A DNA stretch of 64,000 bases from a virus (lineage: Duplodnaviria; Heunggongvirae; Uroviricota; Caudoviricetes). How positions within the stretch are numbered: position 1 is the first letter of the stretch; each line of letters opens with the position of its first letter. Where the stretch lies: IMG/VR virus record IMGVR_UViG_2861074659_000002, one strand, 5' to 3'. Positions 1 through 10,274 of the stretch are shown here, one piece after another. Below the pieces are notes generated by a model, which saw nothing but the letters and a program-made list of their open reading frames with translations, was not told the origin of the DNA and ran no database searches. Made by a program: the position numbers and the translations under genes.

Positions 1-1201
<1,201 letters not shown>

Positions 1202-1224
<23 letters not shown>

Positions 1225-1420
1225 TTCTGATCCTCTTCAAAAGGCCACCTGTTACTGGTCGATTTAAGTCAACCTTTACCGCTGATTCGTGGAACAGATA
1301 CTCTCTTCCATCCTTAACCGGAGGTGGGAATATCCTGCATTCCCGAACCCATCGACGAACTGTTTCAAGGCTTCTTGGACGTCGCTGGCGTGCGTTCCAC
1401 TCCTGAAGTGTCAAGTACAT
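1202..1420 (-). CDS. xis: Excisionase Xis (72 aa)
   Basis: MYLTLQEWNARQRRPRSLETVRRWVRECRIFPP... matches lambda Xis; overlaps int start. Confidence 0.95.
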
Positions 1421-1715
1421 CGCAAAGTCTCCGCAATTACACGCAAGAAAAAACCGCCATCAGGCGGCTTGGTGTTCTTTCAGTTCTTCAATTCGAATAT
1501 TGGTTACGTCTGCATGTGCTATCTGCGCCCATATCATCCAGTGGTCGTAGCAGTCGTTGATGTTCTCCGCTTCGATAACTCTGTTGAATGGCTCTCCATT
1601 CCATTCTCCTGTGACTCGGAAGTGCATTTATCATCTCCATAAAACAAAACCCGCCGTAGCGAGTTCAGATAAAATAAATCCCCGCGAGTGCGAGGATTGT
1701 TATGTAATATTGGGT

Positions 1716-1997
1716 TTAATCATCTATATGTTTTGTACAGAGAGGGCAAGTATCGTTTCCACCGTACTCGTGATAATAATTTTGCACGGTATCAGTCATT
1801 TCTCGCACATTGCAGAATGGGGATTTGTCTTCATTAGACTTATAAACCTTCATGGAATATTTGTATGCCGACTCTATATCTATACCTTCATCTACATAAA
1901 CACCTTCGTGATGTCTGCATGGAGACAAGACACCGGATCTGCACAACATTGATAACGCCCAATCTTTTTGCTCAGACTCTAACTCATTGATACTCAT
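1716..1997 (-). CDS. ea8.5: Ea8.5 protein (93 aa)
   Basis: Position and length match lambda ea8.5 downstream of xis. Confidence 0.8.
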   Translation of the reverse strand: MSINELESEQKDWALSMLCRSGVLSPCRHHEGVYVDEGIDIESAYKYSMKVYKSNEDKSPFCNVREMTDTVQNYYHEYGGNDTCPLCTKHIDD

Positions 1998-2188
1998 TTA
2001 TAAACTCCTTGCAATGTATGTCGTTTCAGCTAAACGGTATCAGCAATGTTTATGTAAAGAAACAGTAAGATAATACTCAACCCGATGTTTGAGTACGGTC
2101 ATCATCTGACACTACAGACTCTGGCATCGCTGTGAAGACGACGCGAAATTCAGCATTTTCACAAGCGTTATCTTTTACAAAACCGATC

Positions 2189-2737
2189 TCACTCTCCTTT
2201 GATGCGAATGCCAGCGTCAGACATCATATGCAGATACTCACCTGCATCCTGAACCCATTGACCTCCAACCCCGTAATAGCGATGCGTAATGATGTCGATA
2301 GTTACTAACGGGTCTTGTTCGATTAACTGCCGCAGAAACTCTTCCAGGTCACCAGTGCAGTGCTTGATAACAGGAGTCTTCCCAGGATGGCGAACAACAA
2401 GAAACTGGTTTCCGTCTTCACGGACTTCGTTGCTTTCCAGTTTAGCAATACGCTTACTCCCATCCGAGATAACACCTTCGTAATACTCACGCTGCTCGTT
2501 GAGTTTTGATTTTGCTGTTTCAAGCTCAACACGCAGTTTCCCTACTGTTAGCGCAATATCCTCGTTCTCCTGGTCGCGGCGTTTGATGTATTGCTGGTTT
2601 CTTTCCCGTTCATCCAGCAGTTCCAGCACAATCGATGGTGTTACCAATTCATGGAAAAGGTCTGCGTCAAATCCCCAGTCGTCATGCATTGCCTGCTCTG
2701 CCGCTTCACGCAGTGCCTGAGAGTTAATTTCGCTCAC
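2189..2737 (-). CDS. ea22: Ea22 protein (182 aa)
   Basis: Position and length match lambda ea22. Confidence 0.8.
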   Translation of the reverse strand: MSEINSQALREAAEQAMHDDWGFDADLFHELVTPSIVLELLDERERNQQYIKRRDQENEDIALTVGKLRVELETAKSKLNEQREYYEGVISDGSKRIAKLESNEVREDGNQFLVVRHPGKTPVIKHCTGDLEEFLRQLIEQDPLVTIDIITHRYYGVGGQWVQDAGEYLHMMSDAGIRIKGE

Positions 2738-2955
2738 TTCGAACCTCTCTGTTTACTGATAAGTTCCAGATCCTCCTGGCAACTTGCACAAGTCCGACAA
2801 CCCTGAACGACCAGGCGTCTTCGTTCATCTATCGGATCGCCACACTCACAACAATGAGTGGCAGATATAGCCTGGTGGTTCAGGCGGCGCATTTTTATTG
2901 CTGTGTTGCGCTGTAATTCTTCTATTTCTGATGCTGAATCAATGATGTCTGCCAT
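2734..2955 (-). CDS. Small hypothetical protein with four-Cys zinc-ribbon motif (CCECGD...CRTCASC), TraR/DksA-like
   Basis: 73 aa ORF overlapping ea22 start by 4 nt (operon-like coupling); Cys spacing typical of C4 zinc finger. Confidence 0.5.
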   Translation of the reverse strand: MADIIDSASEIEELQRNTAIKMRRLNHQAISATHCCECGDPIDERRRLVVQGCRTCASCQEDLELISKQRGSK

Positions 2956-3180
2956 CTTTCATTAATCCCTGAACTGTTGGTTAATACGCTTGAGGGTGAA
3001 TGCGAATAATAAAAAAGGAGCCTGTAGCTCCCTGATGATTTTGCTTTTCATGTTCATCGTTCCTTAAAGACGCCGTTTAACATGCCGATTGCCAGGCTTA
3101 AATGAGTCGGTGTGAATCCCATCAGCGTTACCGTTTCGCGGTGCTTCTTCAGTACGCTACGGCAAATGTCATCGACGTTT

Positions 3181-3366
3181 TTATCCGGAAACTGCTGTCT
3201 GGCTTTTTTTGATTTCAGAATTAGCCTGACGGGCAATGCTGCGAAGGGCGTTTTCCTGCTGAGGTGTCATTGAACAAGTCCCATGTCGGCAAGCATAAGC
3301 ACACAGAATATGAAGCCCGCTGCCAGAAAAATGCATTCCGTGGTTGTCATACCTGGTCTCTCTCAT
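3181..3366 (-). CDS. Hypothetical protein orf61 (61 aa)
   Basis: Length and position match lambda orf61. Confidence 0.55.
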   Translation of the reverse strand: MRETRYDNHGMHFSGSGLHILCAYACRHGTCSMTPQQENALRSIARQANSEIKKSQTAVSG

Positions 3367-3538
3367 CTGCTTCTGCTTTCGCCACCATCATTTCCAGCTT
3401 TTGTGAAAGGGATGCGGCTAACGTATGAAATTCTTCGTCTGTTTCTACTGGTATTGGCACAAACCTGATTCCAATTTGAGCAAGGCTATGTGCCATCTCG
3501 ATACTCGTTCTTAACTCAACAGAAGATGCTTTGTGCAT
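3347..3538 (-). CDS. Hypothetical protein orf63 (63 aa)
   Basis: Length and position match lambda orf63. Confidence 0.55.
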   Translation of the reverse strand: MHKASSVELRTSIEMAHSLAQIGIRFVPIPVETDEEFHTLAASLSQKLEMMVAKAEADERDQV

Positions 3539-3693
3539 ACAGCCCCTCGTTTATTATTTATCTCCTCAGCCAGCCGCTGTGCTTTCAGTGGATTTCGGAT
3601 AACAGAAAGGCCGGGAAATACCCAGCCTCGCTTTGTAACGGAGTAGACGAAAGTGATTGCGCCTACCCGGATATTATCGTGAGGATGCGTCAT
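3511..3693 (-). CDS. Hypothetical protein orf60a (60 aa from second Met of ORF)
   Basis: [19 protein letters not shown]...; 4-nt overlap with exo as in lambda. Confidence 0.55.
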   Translation of the reverse strand: MTHPHDNIRVGAITFVYSVTKRGWVFPGLSVIRNPLKAQRLAEEINNKRGAVCTKHLLLS

Positions 3694-4370
3694 CGCCATT
3701 GCTCCCCAAATACAAAACCAATTTCAGCCAGTGCCTCGTCCATTTTTTCGATGAACTCCGGCACGATCTCGTCAAAACTCGCCATGTACTTTTCATCCCG
3801 CTCAATCACGACATAATGCAGGCCTTCACGCTTCATACGCGGGTCATAGTTGGCAAAGTACCAGGCATTTTTTCGCGTCACCCACATGCTGTACTGCACC
3901 TGGGCCATGTAAGCTGACTTTATGGCCTCGAAACCACCGAGCCGGAACTTCATGAAATCCCGGGAGGTAAACGGGCATTTCAGTTCAAGGCCGTTGCCGT
4001 CACTGCATAAACCATCGGGAGAGCAGGCGGTACGCATACTTTCGTCGCGATAGATGATCGGGGATTCAGTAACATTCACGCCGGAAGTGAATTCAAACAG
4101 GGTTCTGGCGTCGTTCTCGTACTGTTTTCCCCAGGCCAGTGCTTTAGCGTTAACTTCCGGAGCCACACCGGTGCAAACCTCAGCAAGCAGGGTGTGGAAG
4201 TAGGACATTTTCATGTCAGGCCACTTCTTTCCGGAGCGGGGTTTTGCTATCACGTTGTGAACTTCTGAAGCGGTGATGACGCCGAGCCGTAATTTGTGCC
4301 ACGCATCTTCCCCCTGTTCGACAGCTCTCACATCGATCCCGGTACGCTGCAGGATAATGTCCGGTGTCAT
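3690..4370 (-). CDS. exo: Lambda exonuclease (Red alpha, 226 aa)
   Basis: [20 protein letters not shown]... matches lambda Exo. Confidence 0.95.
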   Translation of the reverse strand: MTPDIILQRTGIDVRAVEQGEDAWHKLRLGVITASEVHNVIAKPRSGKKWPDMKMSYFHTLLAEVCTGVAPEVNAKALAWGKQYENDARTLFEFTSGVNVTESPIIYRDESMRTACSPDGLCSDGNGLELKCPFTSRDFMKFRLGGFEAIKSAYMAQVQYSMWVTRKNAWYFANYDPRMKREGLHYVVIERDEKYMASFDEIVPEFIEKMDEALAEIGFVFGEQWR

Positions 4371-5152
4371 GCTGCCACCTTCTGCTCTGCGGCTTTCTGT
4401 TTCAGGAATCCAAGAGCTTTTACTGCTTCGGCCTGTGTCAGTTCTGACGATGCACGAATGTCGCGGCGAAATATCTGGGAACAGAGCGGCAATAAGTCGT
4501 CATCCCATGTTTTATCCAGGGCGATCAGCAGAGTGTTAATCTCCTGCATGGTTTCATCGTTAACCGGAGTGATGTCGCGTTCCGGCTGACGTTCTGCAGT
4601 GTATGCAGTATTTTCGACAATGCGCTCGGCTTCATCCTTGTCATAGATACCAGCAAATCCGAAGGCCAGACGGGCACACTGAATCATGGCTTTATGACGT
4701 AACATCCGTTTGGGATGCGACTGCCACGGCCCCGTGATTTCTCTGCCTTCGCGAGTTTTGAATGGTTCGCGGCGGCATTCATCCATCCATTCGGTAACGC
4801 AGATCGGATGATTACGGTCCTTGCGGTAAATCCGGCATGTACAGGATTCATTGTCCTGCTCAAAGTCCATGCCATCAAACTGCTGGTTTTCATTGATGAT
4901 GCGGGACCAGCCATCAACGCCCACCACCGGAACGATGCCATTCTGCTTATCAGGAAAGGCGTAAATTTCTTTCGTCCACGGATTAAGGCCGTACTGGTTG
5001 GCAACGATCAGTAATGCGATGAACTGCGCATCGCTGGCATCACCTTTAAATGCCGTCTGGCGAAGAGTGGTGATCAGTTCCTGTGGGTCGACAGAATCCA
5101 TGCCGACACGTTCAGCCAGCTTCCCAGCCAGCGTTGCGAGTGCAGTACTCAT
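4367..5152 (-). CDS. bet: Red beta single-strand annealing protein (261 aa)
   Basis: [48 protein letters not shown]... matches lambda Bet. Confidence 0.95.
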   Translation of the reverse strand: MSTALATLAGKLAERVGMDSVDPQELITTLRQTAFKGDASDAQFIALLIVANQYGLNPWTKEIYAFPDKQNGIVPVVGVDGWSRIINENQQFDGMDFEQDNESCTCRIYRKDRNHPICVTEWMDECRREPFKTREGREITGPWQSHPKRMLRHKAMIQCARLAFGFAGIYDKDEAERIVENTAYTAERQPERDITPVNDETMQEINTLLIALDKTWDDDLLPLCSQIFRRDIRASSELTQAEAVKALGFLKQKAAEQKVAA

Positions 5153-5157
5153 TCGTT

Positions 5158-5574
5158 TTATACCTCTGAATCAATATCAACCTGGTGGTGAGCAATGGTT
5201 TCAACCATGTACCGGATGTGTTCTGCCATGCGCTCCTGAAACTCAACATCGTCATCAAACGCACGGGTAATGGATTTTTTGCTGGCCCCGTGGCGTTGCA
5301 AATGATCGATGCATAGCGATTCAAACAGGTGCTGGGGCAGGCCTTTTTCCATGTCGTCTGCCAGTTCTGCCTCTTTCTCTTCACGGGCGAGCTGCTGGTA
5401 GTGACGCGCCCAGCTCTGAGCCTCAAGACGATCCTGAATGTAATAAGCGTTCATGGCTGAACTCCTGAAATAGCTGTGAAAATATCGCCCGCGAAATGCC
5501 GGGCTGATTAGGAAAACAGGAAAGGGGGTTAGTGAATGCTTTTGCTTGATCTCAGTTTCAGTATTAATATCCAT
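5158..5574 (-). CDS. gam: Gam RecBCD inhibitor (138 aa)
   Basis: [24 protein letters not shown]... matches lambda Gam. Confidence 0.95.
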
Positions 5575-5672
5575 TTTTTATAAGCGTCGACGGCTTCACG
5601 AAACATCTTTTCATCGCCAATAAAAGTGGCGATAGTGAATTTAGTCTGGATAGCCATAAGTGTTTGATCCAT
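5529..5672 (-). CDS. kil: Kil host-killing protein (47 aa)
   Basis: [47 protein letters not shown]. Confidence 0.75.
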
Positions 5673-5805
5673 TCTTTGGGACTCCTGGCTGATTAAGTAT
5701 GTCGATAAGGCGTTTCCATCCGTCACGTAATTTACGGGTGATTCGTTCAAGTAAAGATTCGGAAGGGCAGCCAGCAACAGGCCACCCTGCAATGGCATAT
5801 TGCAT
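5641..5805 (-). CDS. cIII: CIII (54 aa), FtsH inhibitor stabilising CII
   Basis: [54 protein letters not shown]. Confidence 0.85.
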   Translation of the reverse strand: MQYAIAGWPVAGCPSESLLERITRKLRDGWKRLIDILNQPGVPKNGSNTYGYPD

Positions 5806-5877
5806 GGTGTGCTCCTTATTTATACATAACGAAAAACGCCTCGAGTGAAGCGTTATTGGTATGCGGTAAAACCGCAC

Positions 5878-6246
5878 TCAGGCGGCCTTGATAGTCATAT
5901 CATCTGAATCAAATATTCCTGATGTATCGATATCGGTAATTCTTATTCCTTCGCTACCATCCATTGGAGGCCATCCTTCCTGACCATTTCCATCATTCCA
6001 GTCGAACTCACACACAACACCATATGCATTTAAGTCGCTTGAAATTGCTATAAGCAGAGCATGTTGCGCCAGCATGATTAATACAGCATTTAATACAGAG
6101 CCGTGTTTATTGAGTCGGTATTCAGAGTCTGACCAGAAATTATTAATCTGGTGAAGTTTTTCCTCTGTCATTACGTCATGGTCGATTTCAATTTCTATTG
6201 ATGCTTTCCAGTCGTAATCAATGATGTATTTTTTGATGTTTGACAT
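5878..6246 (-). CDS. ea10: Ea10 protein (122 aa)
   Basis: Length and position match lambda ea10. Confidence 0.75.
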   Translation of the reverse strand: MSNIKKYIIDYDWKASIEIEIDHDVMTEEKLHQINNFWSDSEYRLNKHGSVLNAVLIMLAQHALLIAISSDLNAYGVVCEFDWNDGNGQEGWPPMDGSEGIRITDIDTSGIFDSDDMTIKAA

Positions 6247-6428
6247 CTGTTCATATCCTCACAGATAAAAAATCGCCCTCACACTGGAGGGCAAAGAAGA
6301 TTTCCAATAATCAGAACAAGTCGGCTCCTGTTTAGTTACGAGCGACATTGCTCCGTGTATTCACTCGTTGGAATGAATACACAGTGCAGTGTTTATTCTG
6401 TTATTTATGCCAAAAATAAAGGCCACTA

Positions 6429-6629
6429 TCAGGCAGCTTTGTTGTTCTGTTTACCAAGTTCTCTGGCAATCATTGCCGTCGTTCGTATTGCCCATTTATC
6501 GACATATTTCCCATCTTCCATTACAGGAAACATTTCTTCAGGCTTAACCATGCATTCCGATTGCAGCTTGCATCCATTGCATCGCTTGAATTGTCCACAC
6601 CATTGATTTTTATCAATAGTCGTAGTCAT
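6429..6629 (-). CDS. ral: Ral restriction-alleviation protein (66 aa)
   Basis: MTTTIDKNQWCGQFKRCNGCKLQSECMVKPEEMFPVMEDGKYVDKWAIRTTAMIARELGKQNNKAA. Confidence 0.85.
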   Translation of the reverse strand: MTTTIDKNQWCGQFKRCNGCKLQSECMVKPEEMFPVMEDGKYVDKWAIRTTAMIARELGKQNNKAA

Positions 6630-6707
6630 ACGGATAGTCCTGGTATTGTTCCATCACATCCTGAGGATGCTCTTCGAACTCTTCAAATTCTTCTTCCATA
6701 TATCACC

Positions 6708-7037
6708 TCAAATAAGTGGTTTGCTGCCTAATTTAATTTTCTGGCGACCAACACAAGTCACACCCATTTCACTGCGTGGCTTGCTGTAGTAAATACGGTT
6801 CTGTTTACGCTCGACTTCTTCTGCCTTCTTGCAGCGAAGGCTTCCGAGTGATGCTGCTTTATCTGCTCTGACGCAACCAGAGAGCTTTAGCGCAATTTTT
6901 CGCGCCAGTGCTTCATTACTGCGTCGCTCGGCAATAAGTTCTGCTCTGCGAGCTTTGTAGCGGCTTTTTGCCGTACCTTTGGATTCTTTCCAGACAATGG
7001 TTACCATGATGGTCTCCTTTAAGTGGCTTTGGCGCAT
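6708..7037 (-). CDS. N: N antiterminator of phage-21 type (ORF 109 aa; true start may be the internal Met at MVTIVWKESKG)
   Basis: Arginine-rich motif GTAKSRYKARRAELIAERR typical of phi21 N; C-terminus resembles lambda N (...GRQKIK..PLI). Confidence 0.8.
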   Translation of the reverse strand: MRQSHLKETIMVTIVWKESKGTAKSRYKARRAELIAERRSNEALARKIALKLSGCVRADKAASLGSLRCKKAEEVERKQNRIYYSKPRSEMGVTCVGRQKIKLGSKPLI

Positions 7038-7300
7038 GACGCGTCGAGGTGCTTATCTTCTCGATCGCTGTCTTGTAGCTGCAATTCGCGCCATCCCCAA
7101 AACCACTCAAGTTCTGGTCTCAACGGTTAGGTTGAGAGTCCGTCGATGTTAAAGAGCCTGCCAATCTGTTCCGTTTGGCTTCCAGCGTCCTGCTGATGGC
7201 TTAAATTTAAGACTTCTTAATTTATTGGTCAAGTGCATTTTTGAAGAAAACTTAATTTTATGGGCGTGAATTTAGTTTGTCTTTGATTTTTAACGGGAAA

Positions 7301-7322
7301 TAAAAAAGGGGCGAAAGCCCCT
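7301..7322 (-). terminator. Rho-independent terminator hairpin downstream of cI (GGGGC-TTTC-GCCCC followed by T-run on minus strand)
   Basis: Perfect 5-bp stem with T6 tail read on minus strand immediately after cI stop. Confidence 0.5.
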
Positions 7323-7972
7323 TAAGGAAGGTTTGCTAGCTTGGCATCAACGACAACGCCAATGATTTTACAGTTCCCATTGATTTCAATCATTGGGTAT
7401 TGTGGATTGAGTGGTTTCAGGAATTTTCTACCGGCATCAATAACTAACTTTTTGAATGTCGCCTCGTTTTCTCCTTCAAGTTTGGCGACTACCAGCTTTC
7501 CATTACGTGGTTCGACTTCTGGGTCGACGAGAATAATCATCCCCTCAGGAATACTCAGTCCTGCCGGGGCAGTCATTGAATCGCCTTTAACGTCGAGCCA
7601 AAAAGAGTCTTCAGAACAATCTACCGTTGTGTCGTACCAGTTATCTATTGCACGCCTATGATATGGCTCTACAGCTTCCATCCAACATCCTGCGCTTACC
7701 CAACTAATTAGAGGATACGAACCTCTTGGATCATGCCTGCTGTGATAGGCAATGTTTGAAAGACTATCCTCTCCTTTCAACAGGTAATCAGGGGAGCACT
7801 GCAAAGCCTTGGCTAAGGCCAATAGGTTTTCGCCATTGGGCTCAGTTTCAGATCGCTCCCATTGGGAAATAGCAACATTAGACACGCCAACCATCTTGCC
7901 AAGGGCAGCCTGCCTAATCTTGAGTTCTTTTCTGCGAGCGCGAATACGCTCACCCATCAGTTGTGTATTCAT
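7322..7972 (-). CDS. cI: CI-type repressor (216 aa), P22 c2 / phage 21 family, HTH N-domain plus LexA-like S24 autocleavage domain
   Basis: MNTQLMGERIRARRKELKIRQAALGKMVGVSNVAISQWERSE...GDSM...NGNCKIIGVVVDAKLANLP; intact in copy 1. Confidence 0.9.
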   Translation of the reverse strand: MNTQLMGERIRARRKELKIRQAALGKMVGVSNVAISQWERSETEPNGENLLALAKALQCSPDYLLKGEDSLSNIAYHSRHDPRGSYPLISWVSAGCWMEAVEPYHRRAIDNWYDTTVDCSEDSFWLDVKGDSMTAPAGLSIPEGMIILVDPEVEPRNGKLVVAKLEGENEATFKKLVIDAGRKFLKPLNPQYPMIEINGNCKIIGVVVDAKLANLP

Positions 7973-8052
7973 AGTTAAGACATCTTAAATAAACTTGACT
8001 TAAGATTCCTTTGGTGGATAATTTAAGTGTTCTTTAATTTCGGAGCGAGTCT
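7973..8052. promoter_or_regulatory. Divergent operator/promoter region between cI and cro (OR with pR and pRM); candidate pR -35 TTGACT (7995..8000) and -10 GATAAT (8017..8022)
   Basis: 80-bp intergenic region between divergent repressor genes with sigma70-like hexamers at 16-bp spacing. Confidence 0.55.
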
Positions 8053-8237
8053 ATGTACAAAAAAGATGTTATTGACCACTTCGGAACCCAGCGTGCTGTT
8101 GCTAAGCACTAGGCATTAGCGATGCAGCAGTCTCTCAGTGGAAAGAAGTTATCCCAGAGAAAGACGCCTATCGATTGGAAATCGTTACAGCTGGCGCCCT
8201 GAAGTATCAAGAAAGTGCTTACCGCCAAGCGGCATAA
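8053..8237 (+). pseudogene. cro: Cro (P22 / phage 21 type) interrupted by a 1-bp deletion after codon 18 (AAA to AA), premature stop
   Basis: MYKKDVIDHFGTQRAVAKH* in copy 1 versus intact 61-aa ORF at 51392..51577 in copy 2. Confidence 0.8.
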
Positions 8238-8352
8238 GCAAATTGCTCTTTAACAGTTCTGGCCTTTCACCTCTAACCGGGTGAGCAAACATCAGCGGCA
8301 AATCCATTGGGTGTGCCGCTATAACTCAATATCAATATAGGTAAATTAACAA

Positions 8353-8650
8353 ATGGCACAAGCAAGCTACAGCAAGCCAACACAGCGAGAAATTGATCGC
8401 GCTGAAACTGATTTACTCATCAACCTGTCAACGCTTACCCAGCGCGGTCTGGCAAAGATGATTGGCTGTCATGAATCGAGATAAGCAGAACGGACTGGAG
8501 ATTATTGCTTCGGTCTTGTGTGCTTTCGGAATGGCATCAGACATCAGTCCGATTAGCAGGGCTTTTAAGTATGCGCTTGATGGACTCACAAAGAAAAAAC
8601 GCCCGGTGTGCAAGACCGAGCGTTCTGAACAAATCCAGATGGAGTTCTGA
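8353..8650 (+). pseudogene. cII: CII-like activator, apparently split over three reading frames (N-terminal 43 codons, then C-terminal ...KKKRPVCKTERSEQIQMEF in another frame)
   Basis: N-terminus MAQASYSKPTQREIDRAETDLLINLSTLTQRGLAKMIGCHES resembles cII HTH region; C-terminus matches lambda CII tail; same in both copies. Confidence 0.55.
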
Positions 8651-8681
8651 GGTCATTACTGGATCTATCAACAGAGTCATT

Positions 8682-9576
8682 ATGACAAATACAGCAAAAT
8701 ACTCAACTTCGGCAGAGGTAACTTGCCGGACAGGAGCGTAATGTGGCAGATCTCGATGATGGTTACGCCAGACTATCAAATATGCTGCTTGAGGCTTATT
8801 CGGGCGCAGATCTGACCAAGCGACAGTTTAAAGTGCTGCTTGCCATTCTGCGTAAACCTATGGTGGAATAAACCAATGGACAGAATCACCGATTCTCAAC
8901 TTAGCGAGATTACAAAGTTACCTGTCAAACGGTGCAATGAAGCCAAGTTAGAACTCGTCAGAATGAATATTATCAAGCAGCAAGGCGGCATGTTTGGACC
9001 AAATAAAAACATCTCAGAATGGTGTATCCCTCAAACGAGGGGAAAATCCCCTAAACGAGGGATAAAACATCCCTCAAATTGGGGGATTGCTATCCCTCAA
9101 AACAGGGGGACACAAAAGACACTATTACAAAAGAAAAAAGAAAAGATTATTCGTCAGAGAATTCTGGCGAATCCTCTGACCAGCCAGAAAACGACCTTTC
9201 TGTGGTGAAACCGGATGCTGCAATTCAGAGCGGCAGCAAGTGGGGGACAGCAGAAGACCTGACCGCCGCAGAGTGGATGTTTGACATGGTGAAGACTATC
9301 GCACCATCAGCCAGAAAACCGAATTTTGCTGGGTGGGCTAACGATATCCGCCTGATGCGTGAACGTGACGGACGTAACCACCGCGACATGTGTGTGCTGT
9401 TCCGCTGGGCATGCCAGGACAACTTCTGGTCCGGTAACGTGCTGAGCCCGGCCAAACTCCGCGATAAGTGGACCCAACTCGAAATCAACCGTAACAAGCA
9501 ACAGGCAGGCGTGACAGCCAGCAAACCAAAACTCGACCTGACAAACACAGACTGGATTTACGGGGTGGATCTATGA
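8682..9576 (+). pseudogene. O: Replication initiator O, fragmented by several 1-nt indels in N-terminal region and iterons; C-terminal 165 aa domain intact
   Basis: MTNTAK then frame breaks; pieces ...NKPMDRITDSQLSEITKLPVKRCNEAKLELVRMNIIKQQGGMFGPNKNISEWCIPQ and CYPSKQGDTKDT...WIYGVDL match lambda O in different frames. Confidence 0.8.
9026..9150. promoter_or_regulatory. ori: Origin of replication (four O-binding iterons ATCCCTCAAA-CGAGGG type plus AT-rich region) embedded in O
   Basis: Four tandem ~18-20 bp inverted-repeat iterons followed by A-rich tract; iteron spacer lengths differ from what I recall for lambda. Confidence 0.7.
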
Positions 9577-10274
9577 AAAACATCGCCGCACAGATGGTTA
9601 ACTTTGACCGTGAGCAGATGCGTCGGATCGCCAACAACATGCCGGAACAGTACGACGAAAAGCCGCAGGTACAGCAGGTAGCGCAGATCATCAACGGTGT
9701 GTTCAGCCAGTTACTGGCAACTTTCCCGGCGAGCCTGGCTAACCGTGACCAGAACGAAGTGAACGAAATCCGTCGCCAGTGGGTTCTGGCTTTTCGGGAA
9801 AACGGGATCACCACGATGGAACAGGTTAACGCAGGAATGCGCGTAGCCCGTCGGCAGAATCGACCATTTCTGCCATCACCCGGGCAGTTTGTTGCATGGT
9901 GCCGGGAAGAAGCATCCGTTACCGCCGGACTGCCAAACGTCAGCGAGCTGGTTGATATGGTTTACGAGTATTGCCGGAAGCGAGGCCTGTATCCGGATGC
10001 GGAGTCTTATCCGTGGAAATCAAACGCGCACTACTGGCTGGTTACCAACCTGTATCAGAACATGCGGGCCAATGCGCTTACTGATGCGGAATTACGCCGT
10101 AAGGCCGCAGATGAGCTTGTCCATATGACTGCGAGAATTAACCGTGGTGAGGCGATCCCTGAACCAGTAAAACAACTTCCTGTCATGGGCGGTAGACCTC
10201 TAAATCGTGCACAGGCTCTGGCGAAGATCGCAGAAATCAAAGCTAAGTTCGGACTGAAAGGAGCAAGTGTATGA
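9573..10274 (+). CDS. P: Replication protein P (DnaB helicase loader, 233 aa)
   Basis: Full-length match to lambda P. Confidence 0.95.

Noticed and set aside
3054-3236. 60-aa minus-strand ORF between ea22 and orf61
   Set aside because: Overlaps orf61 in another frame and I do not recognise it as a lambda gene; left unannotated.
8041-8110. Possibility that copy 1 cro is a distinct short peptide gene
   Set aside because: Copy 2 shows the same sequence with one extra A giving a full 61-aa Cro; copy 1 is best explained as a frameshifted cro.
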